64,000 nucleotides of DNA from Escherichia coli (GTDB lineage Bacteria > Pseudomonadota > Gammaproteobacteria > Enterobacterales > Enterobacteriaceae), in NCBI RefSeq assembly GCF_003334355.1, contig NZ_QOWP01000006.1; one strand, given 5' to 3'. Positions 21,506 through 33,260 of the stretch are shown here, in pieces. A program made the position numbers and the translations under genes. The notes below the pieces were generated by a model that was not told the origin of the DNA, searched no databases, and saw nothing but the letters and a program-made list of their open reading frames with translations. How positions within the stretch are numbered: position 1 is the first letter of the stretch; each line of letters starts with the position of its first letter.

Positions 21506-22188
21506 GCTTCCTCCTGCAACTGCCCGTTCACCAGCCGTAAGCAGCGGTCGCAGCGTGCCGCCAGTTGCAGGTCGTGGGTCACCATAATCAACGTGGTGCC
21601 ATGTTCACGGTTGAGGGAAAACAGCAGGTCGGCAATTTTATCGCCCGTCTGGCGGTCAAGGTTGCCGGTGGGTTCGTCGGCAAACAGCACATCAGGTCGA
21701 CCATTAAAGGCTCGTGCCAGCGCCACTCGTTGCTGTTCACCGCCGGAAAGCTGTGCCGGAAGATGATCCAGACGTTTACCCAGCCCTAACTGTTCGAGCA
21801 ACGCTTTCGCCCCGTTACGACTTTCCGCGCTACTCTCACCGCGCAGCAGAGCCGGAAGCTCGACGTTTTCCAGCGCGTTAAGGGTAGGAATTAACATAAA
21901 TGACTGAAAAACAAAGCCGACGTGCTTCGCGCGCAACTTTGCCCGCGCTTCTTCGTCCATATTATGTAGCGGTTGTCCCACCAGACTCACTTCGCCACTG
22001 CTGCCGTCATCAAGCCCGGCGAGGATCGCCAGCAAGGTTGACTTACCCGATCCCGACTCGCCCACCAGTGCGATGGTCTCGCCACGTTTGACAACCAGCT
22101 CAACTCCGGTGAGGATGGAGAGTTCATGCTCCCCCTGACCGACGGACTTCTTAAGATGATGAACTTCAACAATGTTTTCCGCTGGCAT
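21502..22188 (-). CDS. ybbA: ABC transporter ATP-binding protein YbbA (228 aa)
   Basis: Walker A GESGSGKST and signature LSGGEQQR. Confidence 0.9.
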   Translation of the reverse strand: MPAENIVEVHHLKKSVGQGEHELSILTGVELVVKRGETIALVGESGSGKSTLLAILAGLDDGSSGEVSLVGQPLHNMDEEARAKLRAKHVGFVFQSFMLIPTLNALENVELPALLRGESSAESRNGAKALLEQLGLGKRLDHLPAQLSGGEQQRVALARAFNGRPDVLFADEPTGNLDRQTGDKIADLLFSLNREHGTTLIMVTHDLQLAARCDRCLRLVNGQLQEEA

Positions 22189-22782
22189 TTGCCCTTCCTG
22201 TTCCTGGTCCTGTTAACCTTCCGTGCCGCCGCAGCGGACACGTTATTGATTCTGGGTGATAGCCTGAGCGCCGGGTATCGAATGTCTGCCAGCGCGGCCT
22301 GGCCTGCCTTGTTGAATGATAAGTGGCAGAGTAAAACGTCGGTAGTTAATGCCAGCATCAGCGGCGACACCTCGCAACAAGGACTGGCGCGCCTTCCGGC
22401 TCTGCTGAAACAGCATCAGCCGCGTTGGGTGCTGGTTGAACTGGGCGGCAATGACGGTTTGCGTGGTTTTCAGCCACAGCAAACCGAGCAAACGCTGCGC
22501 CAGATTTTGCAGGATGTCAAAGCCGCCAACGCTGAACCATTGTTAATGCAAATACGTCTGCCTGCAAACTATGGTCGCCGTTATAATGAAGCCTTTAGCG
22601 CCATTTACCCCAAACTCGCCAAAGAGTTTGATGTTCCGCTGCTGCCCTTTTTTATGGAAGAGGTCTACCTCAAGCCACAATGGATGCAGGATGACGGTAT
22701 TCATCCCAACCGCGACGCCCAGCCGTTTATTGCCGACTGGATGGCGAAGCAGTTGCAGCCTTTAGTAAATCATGACTCATAA
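22156..22782 (+). CDS. tesA: Acyl-CoA thioesterase I / lysophospholipase L1 TesA (208 aa)
   Basis: MMNFNNVFRWHLPFLFLVLLTF signal peptide then GDSLSAGY SGNH motif; start placed at the MMNF Met. Confidence 0.9.
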   Translation: MMNFNNVFRWHLPFLFLVLLTFRAAAADTLLILGDSLSAGYRMSASAAWPALLNDKWQSKTSVVNASISGDTSQQGLARLPALLKQHQPRWVLVELGGNDGLRGFQPQQTEQTLRQILQDVKAANAEPLLMQIRLPANYGRRYNEAFSAIYPKLAKEFDVPLLPFFMEEVYLKPQWMQDDGIHPNRDAQPFIADWMAKQLQPLVNHDS

Positions 22783-23581
22783 AGCAACGGAGATCCTGAC
22801 AGGTAAAGTTATGCAAAAATCGGTCTTAATTACCGGATGTTCCAGTGGAATTGGCCTGGAAAGCGCGCTCGAATTAAAACGCCAGGGTTTTCATGTGCTG
22901 GCAGGTTGCCGGAAACCGGATGATGTTGAGCGTATGAACAGCATGGGATTTACCGGCGTGTTGATCGATCTGGATTCGCCAGAAAGTGTTGATCGCGCAG
23001 CCGACGAAGTGATCGCCCTGACCGATAATTGTCTGTATGGGATCTTTAACAATGCCGGATTCGGCATGTATGGCCCCCTTTCCACCATCAGCCGTGCGCA
23101 GATGGAACAGCAGTTTTCCGCCAACTTTTTCGGCGCACACCAGCTCACCATGCGCCTGTTACCCGCGATGTTACCGCACGGTGAAGGGCGTATTGTGATG
23201 ACATCATCGGTGATGGGATTAATCTCCACGCCGGGTCGTGGCGCTTACGCGGCCAGTAAATATGCGCTGGAGGCGTGGTCAGACGCACTGCGCATGGAGC
23301 TGCGCCACAGCGGAATTAAAGTCAGCCTGATCGAACCCGGTCCCATTCGTACTCGCTTCACCGACAACGTCAACCAGACGCAAAGTGATAAACCAGTCGA
23401 AAATCCCGGCATCGCCGCCCGCTTTACGTTGGGACCGGAAGCGGTGGTGGACAAAGTACGCCATGCTTTTATTAGCGAGAAGCCGAAGATGCGCTATCCG
23501 GTAACGCTGGTGACCTGGGCAGTAATGGTGCTCAAGCGCCTGCTGCCGGGGCGCGTGATGGACAAAATATTGCAGGGGTGA
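22772..23581 (+). CDS. ybbO: Short-chain dehydrogenase/reductase YbbO (269 aa)
   Basis: TGCSSGIG cofactor motif and YAASK active-site motif. Confidence 0.88.
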   Translation: MTHKATEILTGKVMQKSVLITGCSSGIGLESALELKRQGFHVLAGCRKPDDVERMNSMGFTGVLIDLDSPESVDRAADEVIALTDNCLYGIFNNAGFGMYGPLSTISRAQMEQQFSANFFGAHQLTMRLLPAMLPHGEGRIVMTSSVMGLISTPGRGAYAASKYALEAWSDALRMELRHSGIKVSLIEPGPIRTRFTDNVNQTQSDKPVENPGIAARFTLGPEAVVDKVRHAFISEKPKMRYPVTLVTWAVMVLKRLLPGRVMDKILQG

Positions 23582-23599
23582 GTTGAAGCGCGCGCTTAA

Positions 23600-24496
<897 letters not shown>

Positions 24497-24526
24497 TATT
24501 CCGTTGATCGGCACATGAACCACAAC

Positions 24527-24552
24527 GCCGGATGCGATGCTGCGCATCCGGC
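24527..24552. terminator. Hairpin between convergent cnoX and fetB (likely bidirectional terminator)
   Basis: GCCGGATGCG-ATGCTG-CGCATCCGGC palindrome. Confidence 0.5.
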
Positions 24553-24558
24553 ATCGCA

Positions 24559-25338
24559 TCATTTCTTCTTCAATTGCGTCACCACCAACTGGTGGCGCGA
24601 ATTATAAAACTTACGATAGGTTAAATAGCAGGCAATAATGGTCGACAAGCTGGCGGTTGAGAGCAGCATAAAGGTCACCATAATCTGATATTTAATCGCC
24701 TTCACCGGATCAATCCCGGCAAATATCAGCCCGGACATCATTCCTGGTAAACTCACTAAGCCAACCGTTTTTGCTGAATCGACCGTCGGAATTAAAGCCG
24801 CGCGAATACTGTCGCGAATCAATATCGCTGAAGCCTGCTTCGGCGTCGCGCCAAGACTCAGTTTCTCCTGAATCTGTTGCTGTTCGCTAATGACCCGTTG
24901 CCCTAAATTGTTGTAACACAACCCCACCGCTACCATGGCGTTACCGGCAATCATCCCGGCGATAGGGATCACCTGCATCGGGATAAATTCAATCGACCCT
25001 GAGAGAATCAGCACCGCCAGGGTAATTCCCGCCCCGACCGTAATGGCAATAAACGATGAGATAAAAGCTTTAGCAATATATTTACTGCGTTTTTGCGCGT
25101 TCCACGCCGCATTAAAGCAGATAAATAACACCATCAATAATGTCAGGCTGGCATCATCCACGCTGAAAATATACTTCAGCACATAGCCGACAATAATCAG
25201 CTGAATTATCGCTCGCCCGACGCTCCAGAGAATATCTTTCTCCAGCGCCAGTTTTTCTTTATGGCTAATTAAGATTGCCACCACCACCAGCATTAATGCC
25301 AGTGCTAATGATTCGTTAGTAATATTATGCGAGTTCAT
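24559..25338 (-). CDS. fetB: Iron export permease FetB/YbbM (259 aa)
   Basis: Multi-TM ORF MNSHNITNESLALALMLVVVAIL... Confidence 0.88.
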   Translation of the reverse strand: MNSHNITNESLALALMLVVVAILISHKEKLALEKDILWSVGRAIIQLIIVGYVLKYIFSVDDASLTLLMVLFICFNAAWNAQKRSKYIAKAFISSFIAITVGAGITLAVLILSGSIEFIPMQVIPIAGMIAGNAMVAVGLCYNNLGQRVISEQQQIQEKLSLGATPKQASAILIRDSIRAALIPTVDSAKTVGLVSLPGMMSGLIFAGIDPVKAIKYQIMVTFMLLSTASLSTIIACYLTYRKFYNSRHQLVVTQLKKK

Positions 25339-26002
25339 AGCGTGCTTCCTGCATTTCTCCGGCATGCGGTTGCAGTGTAATCACTTTATCCGCATGATTA
25401 ATTTCGTCTTTATCGTGTGTCACCCACAGCACGGCAATATTTTGCTCGCGCACATAACGATGGATCATCTCATTGACGTTATGTTTATTACTTTCATCCA
25501 GCGCACTGGTTATTTCATCCAGCAATAAAACCTTCGGCATAAATTGCAGGTTACGAATCAATGAGATGCGTTGTTTTTCACCACCAGATAGCTCGGCGAT
25601 ATCCTTCGTCAAAATGCTGTCCGGCAAAGCGAAGCGTTCGAGAAAATCGAGAAAAATGGCCGGGTCAGGCTGCTGGTTACGGATCTGCCAGGGAAAGATC
25701 AGATTATCGTATACCGTATCGCCAAACAGCGTCGGTGTCTGGGCGCAGTAAGAGACTTGCTGGCGGTAGATTTCTGGCTTTAGTGTGCTGACATCCTCCC
25801 CTTCAAACAGTAACGTTCCGCTGGTTGGGCTGATCAATGAAGCAACTATTTTTAGCAGCGTACTTTTGCCACAACCAGAAGGACCGGTAATTAACTTAAA
25901 TTCGCCAGCACGCAGCGAAAAATTGATGTTATTAAGAATCTTCGTATCACCCGCCAGATATCCTACGTTTTGTAGCTGAAGCAAAGGACTATTTTCCTGC
26001 AT
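25325..26002 (-). CDS. fetA: Iron export ABC ATPase FetA/YbbL (225 aa)
   Basis: Walker A GPSGCGKST and signature LSGGEKQR. Confidence 0.9.
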   Translation of the reverse strand: MQENSPLLQLQNVGYLAGDTKILNNINFSLRAGEFKLITGPSGCGKSTLLKIVASLISPTSGTLLFEGEDVSTLKPEIYRQQVSYCAQTPTLFGDTVYDNLIFPWQIRNQQPDPAIFLDFLERFALPDSILTKDIAELSGGEKQRISLIRNLQFMPKVLLLDEITSALDESNKHNVNEMIHRYVREQNIAVLWVTHDKDEINHADKVITLQPHAGEMQEARYELA

Positions 26003-26147
26003 CGCTGTTCCCTTTTTCTGATTTTTACTAAAAACAGTTTATCCTTCGCAGGAATAAGGGGGAACTCTCTTTCAGTAATCAGGTATAATTTGTTTAATCA
26101 AGCAGCAATTTTGCTGATTATGGACGGTACAACAGGAGGTTTTTCCG

Positions 26148-27065
26148 ATGCTTATCTTTATCCCGATTCTCATTTTTGTCGCGCTGGTCATTGTCGGCGC
26201 GGGCGTCAAAATCGTGCCGCAGGGCTATCAATGGACGGTAGAACGTTTTGGTCGCTATACCAAAACGTTACAGCCGGGGCTCAGTCTGGTGGTGCCGTTT
26301 ATGGATCGCATTGGTCGCAAGATCAATATGATGGAGCAAGTGCTCGATATCCCTTCCCAGGAAGTTATCTCGAAAGATAACGCCAACGTTACCATCGACG
26401 CAGTCTGTTTTATTCAGGTGATTGACGCGCCGCGCGCGGCTTATGAAGTCAGCAATCTGGAGCTGGCGATCATCAACCTGACCATGACTAACATCCGTAC
26501 CGTGTTGGGTTCAATGGAACTTGACGAAATGCTCTCTCAGCGCGACAGCATCAACTCACGCCTGCTGCGTATTGTCGATGAAGCCACCAACCCGTGGGGG
26601 ATTAAAGTCACCCGTATTGAAATTCGCGACGTGCGCCCACCGGCAGAGCTTATCTCTTCAATGAACGCGCAGATGAAAGCGGAACGTACCAAACGCGCTT
26701 ACATTCTTGAAGCGGAAGGGATCCGTCAGGCGGAAATCCTCAAAGCCGAAGGTGAAAAACAGTCGCAAATCCTGAAAGCGGAAGGCGAACGTCAGTCGGC
26801 GTTTTTACAGGCTGAAGCGCGTGAACGTTCCGCCGAAGCAGAAGCCCGCGCCACCAAAATGGTGTCTGAAGCTATCGCCTCCGGTGATATTCAGGCGGTG
26901 AACTACTTCGTAGCGCAGAAATACACCGAAGCGTTACAGCAGATCGGTTCGTCCAGCAACAGCAAAGTAGTGATGATGCCATTAGAGGCCAGCAGCCTGA
27001 TGGGGTCGATTGCCGGGATTGCCGAGCTGGTGAAAGACAGCGCCAACAAGCGGACTCAGCCATGA
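26148..27065 (+). CDS. qmcA: SPFH/band-7 protein QmcA/YbbK (305 aa)
   Basis: N-terminal TM then stomatin-like domain with KAEGEKQ repeats. Confidence 0.9.
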
Positions 27066-27520
27066 TGGAGTTAATGGTCGTTCATCCACATATTTTCTGG
27101 CTCAGTCTCGGCGGTTTGCTGCTGGCAGCCGAGATGCTGGGCGGAAATGGTTATTTGTTGTGGAGCGGCGTGGCAGCGGTGATTACCGGCCTGGTGGTCT
27201 GGCTGGTGCCGCTGGGTTGGGAGTGGCAAGGGGTAATGTTTGCCATCCTGACGCTGCTCGCCGCCTGGCTGTGGTGGAAATGGTTGTCGCGGCGGGTGCG
27301 CGAACAAAAGCACAGCGATAGTCATTTAAACCAGCGCGGGCAGCAGCTGATTGGCCGACGTTTTGTGCTGGAATCTCCGCTGGTCAACGGGCGCGGTCAT
27401 ATGCGCGTCGGTGACAGTTCATGGCCTGTCAGCGCCAGCGAGGATCTCGGTGCAGGTACGCATGTTGAAGTCATTGCGATAGAAGGGATAACCCTACATA
27501 TCCGAGCCGTCTCGTCTTAA
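27062..27520 (+). CDS. ybbJ: NfeD-like inner-membrane protein YbbJ (152 aa)
   Basis: ATGA overlap with qmcA stop; membrane N-terminus. Confidence 0.88.
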
Positions 27521-27928
27521 TCACCCTGCCCGATGATGACAGCAGCCGGAGAGATTTTCGATAATCGGGCAGTCGGCGCTGTCATCGCCAGGGCAGGCAT
27601 TCGCCAGTGCCAGCAGCTGGTCGCGCATGGATTGCAGCTCCTCAATGTGTCGTTCGATCTCCGCCACCTTCTCCAGCGTGCGCCGTTTGACGTCGGCGCT
27701 GTGCCGCTGCGGGTCGTTAAACAGATTCACCAGCTCGCCGCTCTCTTCCAGGTTAAAGCCCACCTGCCGTGCCTGGCGCAGTAAGGTCAGTTCGTTGAGA
27801 TGCTGCTGCGTGTAGGTGCGATAACCGTTTTCGCTGCGCATCGGCGGCGTCACCAGCCCCTTCTCTTCATAGAAGCGAATGGCTTTGCTAGTCAGGCCGG
27901 TAATTTTTGCTACATCGCTGATGTTCAT
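27521..27928 (-). CDS. cueR: MerR-family copper-responsive regulator CueR (135 aa)
   Basis: [25 protein letters not shown]... and C-terminal [10 protein letters not shown] metal loop. Confidence 0.95.
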
Positions 27929-28052
27929 CGTTCGCGCAACGCCTCCTGTGCTTTGTTAAAGGGTTTCAACAGATATTCAAGCACGTTTTTTTGCCAGTGC
28001 GAATATCGACCGCCACCACAATAATACAGGAAGTACTGCGCACAGAGAGATG

Positions 28053-29345
28053 TTATACGGTTTTATTGCGCTTCATGACCATTGCCACAATAAGGCTGAG
28101 TAAGAGTGAGCCAATAATCCATATCAACGCACGGCTACCCTGGGACCACAGACTGTAGATAAAGCCAACGATCACCAACAACATCACCAACGTACCAACG
28201 ATAAGAATCGGCAACGAGGCGTGAATATCATGACGCAGGCGGATCGCCACCACAAACACCGCCAGGTAGCAAATCAAAAAGGTGGCGCTGGCAACACTGG
28301 CGAGTGAGCCTAAATTTAGCGCCGCCGTCATCAGCATAATCAACACCACGACAATAATGTTGCCCCAGGTACTCTGCCGCCACAGGGATTTATTCATTAG
28401 CTTCGGCAGTTCGCGTTCGCTGCCCATGTTGTCCATGATGTTAAACACGGCGAACAGGTTCGCGTTAATGGCTGAAGCCGTCGCCAGTAAAGCGCCGATG
28501 ACGACGATCACATAACCCACATGCCCGAGCAGCGGAGAAGCAGCCTGCGCTACGGCGGTATCGGCATATTTTTCTAACTCTAATGCCGATACATCGCTAA
28601 GCAAAACCAGTGCCAGCGAGATATAAAGCAACGTGGTAACGCCAATCGCCACCAGAAACGCCCGCGGCATAATGACCTGCGGATCTTTCACTTTATCCGC
28701 CGCGTTCGCCATCATGCCAAAGCCCGCATAGGCAAGGAAGGTTATCCCGATACAGGAGAAGAACGCACCGGAGCTGGGGGGCGCAGAGACGGAAATATGC
28801 GCCGGTTGCAGCGACCAGACACCTGCAATGATCAGCAATAACAGGATCATCATTTTAATGCCGACGAGGATCACTTCCAGCCGCCCTACCGCATGGTTGC
28901 TTAAGGAGTTGAAAAGCGTCATCACCGCAATGATCCCCAACGCGTAGAGCAAAATAAGATGCTCCTCCTGGCTGCCTTCATGCAAAAACTGCACGGCATA
29001 AGCGCCAAAAGCACGGGCGACCATGGCGATGCTCACCGCCAGCGTCAACAGGTACAGTAACGAGAGCGCCAGCGAAAAGACGCCGTTACCTAATCCGCGA
29101 CGAAAGAAGTCGATAATGCCGCCATTGCTGGGATAGCTCGCCCCCAGGCGCGCATAGGCATAACCGGAAAACATCGCCACAATACCGCCAAAAGCAAAGG
29201 CGACCCAGGTCGAGGCTTCCATTAGCAATGCAGCCTGCCCCAGCAGCGCGAAGATCCCCGCCCCCACCATTGCCCCAATGCCGATGGAAACGACGTTCCA
29301 TAGACCGAGAGGTTTGTTACCGTTATTACCTTCCGTGTTCATCAT
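28053..29345 (-). CDS. ybaT: Putative amino-acid/polyamine transporter YbaT (430 aa)
   Basis: 430-aa APC-family multi-TM ORF, co-directional with glsA. Confidence 0.88.
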   Translation of the reverse strand: MMNTEGNNGNKPLGLWNVVSIGIGAMVGAGIFALLGQAALLMEASTWVAFAFGGIVAMFSGYAYARLGASYPSNGGIIDFFRRGLGNGVFSLALSLLYLLTLAVSIAMVARAFGAYAVQFLHEGSQEEHLILLYALGIIAVMTLFNSLSNHAVGRLEVILVGIKMMILLLLIIAGVWSLQPAHISVSAPPSSGAFFSCIGITFLAYAGFGMMANAADKVKDPQVIMPRAFLVAIGVTTLLYISLALVLLSDVSALELEKYADTAVAQAASPLLGHVGYVIVVIGALLATASAINANLFAVFNIMDNMGSERELPKLMNKSLWRQSTWGNIIVVVLIMLMTAALNLGSLASVASATFLICYLAVFVVAIRLRHDIHASLPILIVGTLVMLLVIVGFIYSLWSQGSRALIWIIGSLLLSLIVAMVMKRNKTV

Positions 29346-29347
29346 GA

Positions 29348-30280
29348 TCAGCCCTTAAACACGTTATAGCCGAGTTGCTTAGCGACCGATGCCACCATTT
29401 TTTGACCGCGAACACTGTTGCCTTCTTCGTCCAGCGGTGGTGAGAACGCGGCAATTCCCATCACGCCAGGGACGACCGCCAGAATACCGCCACCTACACC
29501 GCTTTTGCCCGGTAAACCAACGCGATACGCCCAATCACCGGAGCGACCATACAGCCCTTCCATCATCATTTCGGCCAGAATGTACGGCACGTTGTCGGCC
29601 TGAAGAACGCGTTTATGCGTCAGCGGATTCACACCACCCGCCGCCAGCGTCGCGCCAAGCGTTGCCAGTTCAACAGTATTGATGAGCGTGGAGCACTGAC
29701 GGGTGTACACGTCACAGGCTTCCATTGCATCACAATAGAGATATCCGGCGGAGTACAGCAGCCAGGCAATGGCCCGGTTATGGAAGTTGGTTGTTTGTTC
29801 CGACTGGTTGACTTCATCAGAGAGCGCTACCTGCTCACCAGCCAGTTGCTGTTGGATATGTAAAATTCGCTGCCAGCGTTGTTCAATATTTTCAGCGTTA
29901 ATCAGGCTGGTGGTGGCAATAGCGCCAGCATTTACCAGTGGCGACAGTGGTTTGCCGCCATGCAACTCTAAGGCGATAACTGAGTTAAAGGGCAATCCGG
30001 TCGGGTCAGCGCCAATTTTGTCCTGTACCGCCTGCGGGCCGACATCTTCTAACGCAAGGGCTAACGTACAGACTTTCGAGATGGATTCCAGCGCAAAGCG
30101 GTAATCACTATCACCCGCGCGATAGATGTTGCCATCGCAGGTCACAATAGCCACTGCTGCCAGTTGACCAGGTACATTCGCCAGAAAGGGAATGTAGTCG
30201 GCATTTTGTCCGCCATTAAGTGAGTGAAATTGGGTGTAAGCCTGATCCACTGCCTGCTGTAATTTGTTTGCATCTAACAT
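29348..30280 (-). CDS. glsA: Glutaminase 1 GlsA/YbaS (310 aa)
   Basis: 310-aa ORF MLDANKLQQAVDQAYTQFHSLNGGQNADYIP... Confidence 0.9.
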   Translation of the reverse strand: MLDANKLQQAVDQAYTQFHSLNGGQNADYIPFLANVPGQLAAVAIVTCDGNIYRAGDSDYRFALESISKVCTLALALEDVGPQAVQDKIGADPTGLPFNSVIALELHGGKPLSPLVNAGAIATTSLINAENIEQRWQRILHIQQQLAGEQVALSDEVNQSEQTTNFHNRAIAWLLYSAGYLYCDAMEACDVYTRQCSTLINTVELATLGATLAAGGVNPLTHKRVLQADNVPYILAEMMMEGLYGRSGDWAYRVGLPGKSGVGGGILAVVPGVMGIAAFSPPLDEEGNSVRGQKMVASVAKQLGYNVFKG

Positions 30281-30471
30281 CTTTTGTTAACTCCTTTTTA
30301 TAGATGCGGGAGGTAATTCCTCACCCCGGTGCCGATTTTCAGGCATCCTGATTTAACTTAGCACCTGCAACTTAACTACAGGAAAACAAAGAGATAAATG
30401 TCTAATCCTGATGCAAATTGAGCCAATTTTTTAATCTTTACGGACTTTTACTCGCCTGGTTTATTAATTTC

Positions 30472-30502
30472 TTGACCTTCCCCTTGCTGGAAGGTTTAAC
30501 CT
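30472..30502 (+). promoter_or_regulatory. copA promoter with CueR operator (-35 TTGACC, 19-bp spacer with ACCTTCC-N7-GGAAGGT dyad, -10 TAACCT)
   Basis: MerR-type 19-bp-spacer promoter read directly; dyad at 30475-30495. Confidence 0.85.
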
Positions 30503-30541
30503 TTATCACAGCCAGTCAAAACTGTCTTAAAGGAGTGTTTT

Positions 30542-33046
30542 ATGTCACAAACTATCGACCTGACCCTGGACGGCCTGTCCTGCGGTCACTGCGTTAAACG
30601 CGTGAAAGAAAGTCTTGAACAGCGCCCGGATGTGGAACAAGCGGATGTGTCTATCACTGAAGCGCACGTTACCGGGACTGCCAGTGCAGAACAGCTGATC
30701 GAAACCATCAAACAAGCGGGTTATGACGCATCTGTAAGCCACCCAAAGGCTAAACCGCTGGCGGAGTCATCAATCCCGTCGGAAGCACTGACAGCGGTTT
30801 CTGAGGCGCTTCCGGCAGCGACCGCCGATGACGATGACAGCCAGCAGTTGCTGCTGAGCGGCATGAGCTGCGCCAGCTGTGTCACCCGCGTACAAAATGC
30901 GCTGCAAAGCGTACCGGGCGTCACTCAGGCACGGGTAAACCTGGCGGAGCGTACTGCGCTGGTGATGGGCAGTGCCTCCCCACAAGATTTAGTGCAGGCG
31001 GTGGAAAAAGCGGGCTACGGTGCGGAAGCGATTGAAGATGACGCTAAACGCCGCGAGCGCCAGCAAGAAACCGCCGTAGCTACGATGAAGCGCTTCCGCT
31101 GGCAGGCAATTGTTGCACTGGCTGTGGGTATCCCGGTAATGGTCTGGGGGATGATCGGCGATAACATGATGGTCACCGCTGACAACCGCAGCTTGTGGTT
31201 AGTTATCGGCCTGATAACCCTGGCAGTGATGGTTTTCGCCGGCGGCCATTTTTACCGCAGTGCATGGAAAAGCCTGCTGAACGGTGCAGCGACGATGGAT
31301 ACGCTGGTGGCGCTGGGAACGGGTGTGGCGTGGCTCTATTCGATGAGCGTCAACCTGTGGCCGCAGTGGTTCCCGATGGAAGCGCGGCATCTTTACTATG
31401 AAGCCAGTGCGATGATTATCGGTCTGATTAATCTCGGCCATATGCTGGAAGCGCGCGCACGTCAGCGTTCTTCTAAGGCGCTGGAGAAATTACTCGATTT
31501 AACCCCACCGACGGCGCGAGTGGTCACCGCAGAGGGTGAAAAAAGCGTGCCGCTGGCGGAAGTTCAGCCAGGGATGTTACTGCGCCTGACGACCGGCGAT
31601 CGCGTGCCGGTAGATGGCGAGATTACCCAGGGCGAAGCATGGCTGGATGAAGCGATGCTGACGGGCGAACCAATCCCACAGCAAAAAGGCGAAGGCGAAA
31701 GCGTCCATGCCGGGACAGTGGTACAGGACGGCAGTGTGCTGTTTCGTGCCAGTGCGGTTGGCAGCCATACCACGCTGTCACGGATCATTCGCATGGTGCG
31801 CCAGGCCCAGAGCAGCAAGCCAGAAATCGGTCAGCTGGCGGATAAAATCTCAGCCGTATTTGTACCTGTGGTGGTGGTGATTGCGCTGGTCAGTGCGGCA
31901 ATCTGGTACTTCTTTGGTCCGGCACCGCAAATTGTTTATACCCTGGTGATTGCCACCACGGTACTGATTATCGCCTGTCCGTGTGCGCTGGGGCTGGCGA
32001 CGCCGATGTCGATTATTTCCGGCGTCGGGCGGGCGGCTGAGTTTGGCGTGCTGGTGCGGGACGCCGACGCGCTGCAACGCGCCAGTACACTCGATACCGT
32101 CGTGTTCGATAAAACCGGGACGCTGACCGAAGGGAAGCCGCAGGTTGTCGCAGTGAAAACGTTTGCTGATGTTGATGAAGCGCAGGCATTGCGTCTGGCG
32201 GCGGCACTGGAGCAAGGTTCCAGCCATCCGCTGGCACGGGCGATCCTCGATAAAGCAGGTGATATGCAGCTGCCGCAGGTCAACGGTTTCCGCACATTGC
32301 GCGGGCTGGGCGTGAGCGGTGAAGCTGAAGGTCATGCGTTATTGCTGGGCAATCAGGCGTTGTTAAATGATCAGCAAGTCGATACTAAAGCGATTGAAGC
32401 CGATATTTCAGCTCAGGCATCGCAAGGGGCAACGCCTGTGCTGCTGGCGGTTGACGGGAAAGCGGTAGCCCTGCTGGCAGTACGCGATCCGTTGCGTAGT
32501 GATAGCGTGGCGGCGCTGCAACGCCTGCATAAAGCGGGATATCGTCTGGTGATGTTGACCGGGGATAACCCAACCACCGCCAATGCGATCGCCAAAGAAG
32601 CCGGGATTGATGAGGTGATAGCCGGGGTGCTGCCGGACGGTAAAGCCGAAGCGATCAAACGTCTGCAAAGTGAAGGACGTCAGGTGGCAATGGTGGGCGA
32701 CGGCATTAACGATGCGCCAGCGCTGGCCCAGGCAGATGTCGGCATTGCAATGGGCGGCGGCAGTGATGTTGCCATTGAAACCGCGGCGATTACCCTGATG
32801 CGCCATAGCCTGATGGGCGTTGCGGATGCGCTCGCTATTTCCCGCGCAACGCTGCGCAACATGAAGCAGAACCTGCTCGGTGCCTTTATCTACAACAGCA
32901 TCGGTATTCCGGTCGCCGCCGGTATTTTGTGGCCGTTTACTGGAACACTGCTTAACCCGGTAGTTGCCGGAGCGGCAATGGCGCTCTCGTCGATTACCGT
33001 AGTGAGTAACGCCAACCGGTTGCTGCGGTTTAAACCGAAGGAATAA
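30542..33046 (+). CDS. copA: Cu(I)-translocating P1B-type ATPase CopA (834 aa)
   Basis: Two N-terminal GxxCxxC metal-binding domains, [16 protein letters not shown] motifs. Confidence 0.97.
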   Translation: MSQTIDLTLDGLSCGHCVKRVKESLEQRPDVEQADVSITEAHVTGTASAEQLIETIKQAGYDASVSHPKAKPLAESSIPSEALTAVSEALPAATADDDDSQQLLLSGMSCASCVTRVQNALQSVPGVTQARVNLAERTALVMGSASPQDLVQAVEKAGYGAEAIEDDAKRRERQQETAVATMKRFRWQAIVALAVGIPVMVWGMIGDNMMVTADNRSLWLVIGLITLAVMVFAGGHFYRSAWKSLLNGAATMDTLVALGTGVAWLYSMSVNLWPQWFPMEARHLYYEASAMIIGLINLGHMLEARARQRSSKALEKLLDLTPPTARVVTAEGEKSVPLAEVQPGMLLRLTTGDRVPVDGEITQGEAWLDEAMLTGEPIPQQKGEGESVHAGTVVQDGSVLFRASAVGSHTTLSRIIRMVRQAQSSKPEIGQLADKISAVFVPVVVVIALVSAAIWYFFGPAPQIVYTLVIATTVLIIACPCALGLATPMSIISGVGRAAEFGVLVRDADALQRASTLDTVVFDKTGTLTEGKPQVVAVKTFADVDEAQALRLAAALEQGSSHPLARAILDKAGDMQLPQVNGFRTLRGLGVSGEAEGHALLLGNQALLNDQQVDTKAIEADISAQASQGATPVLLAVDGKAVALLAVRDPLRSDSVAALQRLHKAGYRLVMLTGDNPTTANAIAKEAGIDEVIAGVLPDGKAEAIKRLQSEGRQVAMVGDGINDAPALAQADVGIAMGGGSDVAIETAAITLMRHSLMGVADALAISRATLRNMKQNLLGAFIYNSIGIPVAAGILWPFTGTLLNPVVAGAAMALSSITVVSNANRLLRFKPKE
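30742..30754 (+). other. copA: Programmed -1 ribosomal frameshift site giving 70-aa CopA(Z) copper chaperone
   Basis: Slippery heptamer C CCA AAG at 30742-30748 (codons 68-69); -1 frame reads CCC AAA GGC TAA. Confidence 0.8.
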
Positions 33047-33103
33047 GTACGTCATTGCGGATGCGCTGCTTTAGGGCGGCGCATTTGGCATCGACGCATG
33101 ACT

Positions 33104-33238
33104 GCCGGATGCGGCGTGAACGCCTTATCCGGCCTACGGTTCAGGCACAAGTTTGTAGGCCTGATAAGACGGGTAAGCGTCGCATCAGGCAATGGTGCTC
33201 GGATGCCGGATGCGGCGTGAACGCCTTATCCGGCCTAC
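33104..33238. repeat. BIME cluster: three REP units in alternating orientation between copA and ybaQ
   Basis: GCCGGATGCGGCGTGAACGCCTTATCCGGCCTAC twice, flanking an inverted GTAGGCCTGATAAGACGGGTAAGCGTCGCATCAGGC. Confidence 0.85.
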
Positions 33239-33260
33239 GAGATGAAGCGATGTTTTGGCC

